9,416 nt of DNA from Octopus sinensis. Its lineage: Eukaryota. How positions within the stretch are numbered: the first letter of the stretch is position 1; each line of letters begins with the position of its first letter. The DNA lies in contig NW_021827941.1 of the NCBI RefSeq assembly GCF_006345805.1, positions 1-9,416 of the forward strand, read 5' to 3'. This document shows positions 6,333 through 9,416 of this stretch, piece after piece. The position numbers and the translations under genes were made by a program. The notes beneath the pieces are model-generated. The model saw nothing but the letters and a program-made list of their open reading frames with translations, was not told where the DNA came from and did not search any database.

Positions 6333-8412
6333 TAATGTTCATGTTTAGTGTAGGCGGTAGTGGTGGTGGTGGTTGTGGTGGTAGTGGTTGTGGTGGTGGT
6401 GTGGTGGTGGTTGTGGTGGTGGTGGTGGTGGTTGTGGTGGTGGTGGTAATGTTCATGTTTAGTGTAGGCGGTGGTGGTGGTTGTGGTGGTGGTGGTAGTG
6501 GTTGTTTGTGGTGGTGGTTGTGGTGGTGGTGTGGTGGTGGTTGTGGTGGTGGTGGTGGTGGTTGTGGTGGTGGTGGTAATGTTCATGTTTAGTGTAGGCG
6601 GTGGTGGTGTGGTTGTGGTGGTGGTGGTGGTTGTGGTGGTGGTGGTTGTGGTGGTGGTGGTGGTGTGGTTGTGGTGGTGGTGGTGTGGTTGTGGTGGTGG
6701 TGGTAATGTTCATGTTTAGTGTAGCGGTGGTGATGGTTGTGGTGGTGGTGGTAGTGGTTGTGGTGGTGGTGGTGGTGTTGGTAATGTTCATGTTTAGTGT
6801 AGGCGGTGGTGATGGTTGTGGTGGTGGTGGTGGTGGTTGGTGGTGGTGGTTTGTGGTGGTGGTGTGGTGGTGGTGTTGTGGTGGTGGGTGGTGGGGGGTT
6901 GGGTGGTGGTGGTAATTTTCATGTTTAGTGTAGGCGGTGGTGATGGTTGTGGTGGTGGTGGTAGTGGTTGTGGTGGTGGTGGTGGTAATGTTCATGTTTA
7001 GTGTAGGCGGTGGTGGTGGTGGTTGTGGTGGTGGTGTGGTGGTGGTTGTGGTGGTGGTGGTGGTGGTTGTGGTGGTGGTGGTAATGTTCATGTTTAGTGT
7101 AGGCGGTGGTGATGGTTGTGGTGGTGGTGGTGGTTGTGGTGGTGGTGGTTGTGGTGGTGGTGTGGTGGTGGTTGTGGTGGTGGTGGTGGTGGTTGTGGTG
7201 GTGGTGGTAATGTTCATGTTTAGTGTAGGCGGTGGTGATGGTTGTGGTGGTGGTGGTAGTGGTTGTGGTGGTGGTGTTGTATGTTCATGTTATTGTAGGC
7301 GGTGGTGTGGTGGTTGTGGTGGTGGTGTGGTGGTGGTTGTGGTTGGTGGTGGTGTGGTTGTGGTGGTGGTGGTAAGGTTCATGTTTAGTGTAGGCGGTGG
7401 TGATGGTTGTGGTGGTGGTGGTGGTTGTGGTGGTGGTGGTTGTGGTGGTGGTGTGGTGGTGGTTGTGGTGGTGGTGGTGGTGTTGTGGTGGTGGTGGTAA
7501 TGTTCATGTTTAGTGTAGGCGGTGGTGATGGTTGGGTGGGGTGTAGGGGGTTTGGGTGGTGGTGGTGGTAATGTTCATGTTTAGTGTAGGCGGTTGGTGG
7601 TGGTGGTGGGTGGTGTGGTGTGGTGTTGGGTTGTGTGGTGGTGGTGGTGGGTGGTGGTGGTGGTGGTGGTGTGGTAATGTTCATGTTATGTAGGCGGTGG
7701 TGGTTGTGGTTGTGGTGGTGGTGTGGTGATGGTTTTGTGGTGGTGGTGGTAGTGGTTGTGGTGGTTGGTGTTTGGTAATGTTCATGTTTAGTGTAGGCGG
7801 TGGTGATGGTTGTGGTGGTGGTGGTGGTGGTTGTGGTGGTGGTGGTTGTGGTGGTGGTGTGGTGTGGTTGTGTGGTGGTGGTGGTGTTGTGGTGGTGGTG
7901 GTAATGTTCATGTTTAGTGTAGGCGGTGGTGATGGTTGTGGTGGTGGTGGTAGTGGTTGTGGTGGTGGTGGTGGTAATGTTCATGTTTAGTGTAGGCGGT
8001 GGTGGTGGTGGTTGTGGTGGTGGTGTGGTGGTGGTTGTGGTGGTGGTGGTGGTGGGTGTGGTGGTGGTGGTGGTTGTGGTGATGGTGGCAGTGTTGGTAA
8101 TGTTCATGTTTAGTGTAGGTGGTGGTGGTGGTTGTGGTGGTGGTGGTGGTTGTGGTGATGGTGGTGGTGGTGGTGGTGGTGGTGATGGTGGCAGTGTTGG
8201 TAATGTTCATGTTAAGTGTAGGCGGTGGTGGTGGTGGTGGTAGTTGTGGTGGTGGTGGTGGTGGTTGTGGTTGTGGTTGTGGTGGTGGTGGTTGTGGTGT
8301 TGGTTGTGGTGGTGGTGGTTGCGGTGTTGGTAATATTCATGTTTAGTGTAGGCGGTGGTGGTGGTTGTGGTGATGGTGGTGGTGTTGGAGATGTCCATGT
8401 TTAGTGTAGGCG
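6333..8412. repeat. ~2.1-kb minisatellite: 21 copies of anchor TAATGTTCATGTTTAGTGTAGGCGG separated by variable (GGT/TGT)n tracts
   Basis: Anchors counted at about 6333, 6447, 6577, 6704, 6782, 6913, 6986, 7082, 7208, 7280, 7373, 7498, 7569, 7675, 7776, 7902, 7975, 8098, 8201, 8331 and 8388. Unit lengths range from 57 to 131 bp. Confidence 0.97.
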
Positions 8413-8845
8413 AAATCTTTTACATACGATTGCAATTTATTTTGATCTCGCTTCTCACCTGCCTGGTGTCAATGGTTGCCCGCAGAAATAACAGCTAGTT
8501 TCTTTTTCATAGACACACCATCGTTCTCAAAGATAGATCTTACCTTCTTTGGCAGAACCATAACTTTATATATTTCACGTCTCAGGTGTTTGCTTTCCAA
8601 ACAATATAATTGAAGCTAGTTCCTACCTCATTGGTTTCTCCTTTCGATCTTACTGTTGCAAAAACCGTGAAGTCACCCGTATAGAGATAAAACTGCTCGT
8701 TTTCATAGGCGTTGAGCCACGTCACCGATGAGACTTGGTAACAGAACTGGCACAAGTATCAAACCCCGTATCAAAAATAACTTTGCTGGATTATAGATTA
8801 AGGTAGCCTCGATGCCATCGAAGTCGCTTCCAGCAAGGGTTTTAA

Positions 8846-9059
8846 CCCTTTCGTTACCAACCCGGCTGAAACTGCCTCTGGCTCTGTAGTACAAATGTCT
8901 TGTTTTCATAAGTTCTGAATTAAAATCTTCCACCAAACCTTAGTCACAATTTATGTTCCTAGCACTAGCTTAATGGTAACCAAATTATTTTACTAAATTC
9001 TTTGTTATATTTAAAATTAATTGAAAGAGCATCTCAACAGAAATATGTTAACAAAAGGG
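8846..9059. mobile_element. 214-bp piggyBac-like MITE, copy 1 (both termini and both TTAA sites present)
   Basis: TTAA (8842-8845) CCCTTTCGTTACCA ... TGTTAACAAAAGGG TTAA (9060-9063). CCC/GGG termini, ~14-bp TIR with 2 mismatches, TTAA TSD. Confidence 0.9.
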
Positions 9060-9090
9060 TTAAAATATATAATAGAGAAACGATTTTTTA

Positions 9091-9311
9091 CCCTTTTGTT
9101 ACCAACCCAGCTGAAACTGCCTTTGGCTCTGTGGTAAAATGTCTTGTTTTCATAAGTTTTGAATTAAAATCTTCCACCAAACCTTAGTCACAATTTACGT
9201 TCCTAACACTAGCAGAATGATAATACTAAGTTATTCTAATAAATTCTTTGTTATATTTAAAGTAATTGAAAGAAACACAGAGCATCTCAAAATAAATTCA
9301 GTAACAAAAGG
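9091..9311. mobile_element. piggyBac-like MITE, copy 2 (same orientation, degenerate flanks)
   Basis: CCCTTTTGTTACCA ... GTAACAAAAGG(T). Highly similar to 8846-9059, starting 245 bp later. The left flank is TTTA and the right TTAA is absent. Confidence 0.88.
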
Positions 9312-9416
9312 TCGAGCGCGTATTTCCGTCTCAGAGAATTGAAACGACTTTTCAACTATAAAATATAATCAACTTATTGTATAATTATTTTCGACACACA
9401 TTACTAACAGTTTCCT

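Noticed and set aside
6290-6592. ORF with a signal-peptide-like start (MASLSLFNLQLFVALMFMFSVGGSGGGGCGG)
   Set aside because: Only the first ~14 codons are unique sequence. The rest is satellite and slips into poly-Val and poly-Trp. No supporting promoter or homology.
6268-8398. Mucin-like (PTLNMNITTTT, with an N-I-T sequon per unit) or Gly/Val-rich ORFs across the array
   Set aside because: Many unit lengths are not multiples of 3 (71, 73, 101, 103, 125, 127, 130, 131), so the frame is repeatedly lost. Poly-T/P/H/G/V/W are the expected translations of (GGT)n.
6333-8412. CRISPR array
   Set aside because: The spacers are low-complexity GGT repeats of very uneven length rather than unique sequences. 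There are no cas genes, and the context is eukaryotic.
8703-9187. ORFs 8703-8936 (-) and 9002-9187 (+)
   Set aside because: Both run through non-coding MITE sequence and show no transposase or other motif.

Overview
Eukaryotic, repeat-dominated, essentially non-coding DNA. The SINE and MITE families resemble ones I recall from Octopus (cephalopod) genomes, but this is recognition from memory and not a database result. No confidently identifiable intact gene is present, and nearly all supplied ORFs are translations of simple repeats. From left to right the window holds: (1) a long (AAT)n array interrupted by the 5'-truncated 3' end of an R4/Dong-like, restriction-like-endonuclease (RLE) non-LTR retrotransposon (444-735); (2) a head-to-head chimera of two SINE 3' ends and a near-complete tRNA-derived SINE (757-1150); (3) a weak run of phase-compatible micro-exon candidates on the minus strand (1184-1628); (4) a decayed Tc1/mariner transposase C-terminus with a probable right TIR (2410-2857); (5) several more SINE pieces; (6) a motif-dense unique segment (3960-4140); (7) an anchored GATA/GACA array; (8) a 411-bp MITE with perfect 29-bp TIRs and an 8-bp TSD (5079-5489); (9) a 2.1-kb minisatellite of 21 conserved ~25-nt anchors separated by variable (GGT)n tracts, with higher-order structure (6333-8412); (10) two adjacent piggyBac-like MITEs (8846-9311).
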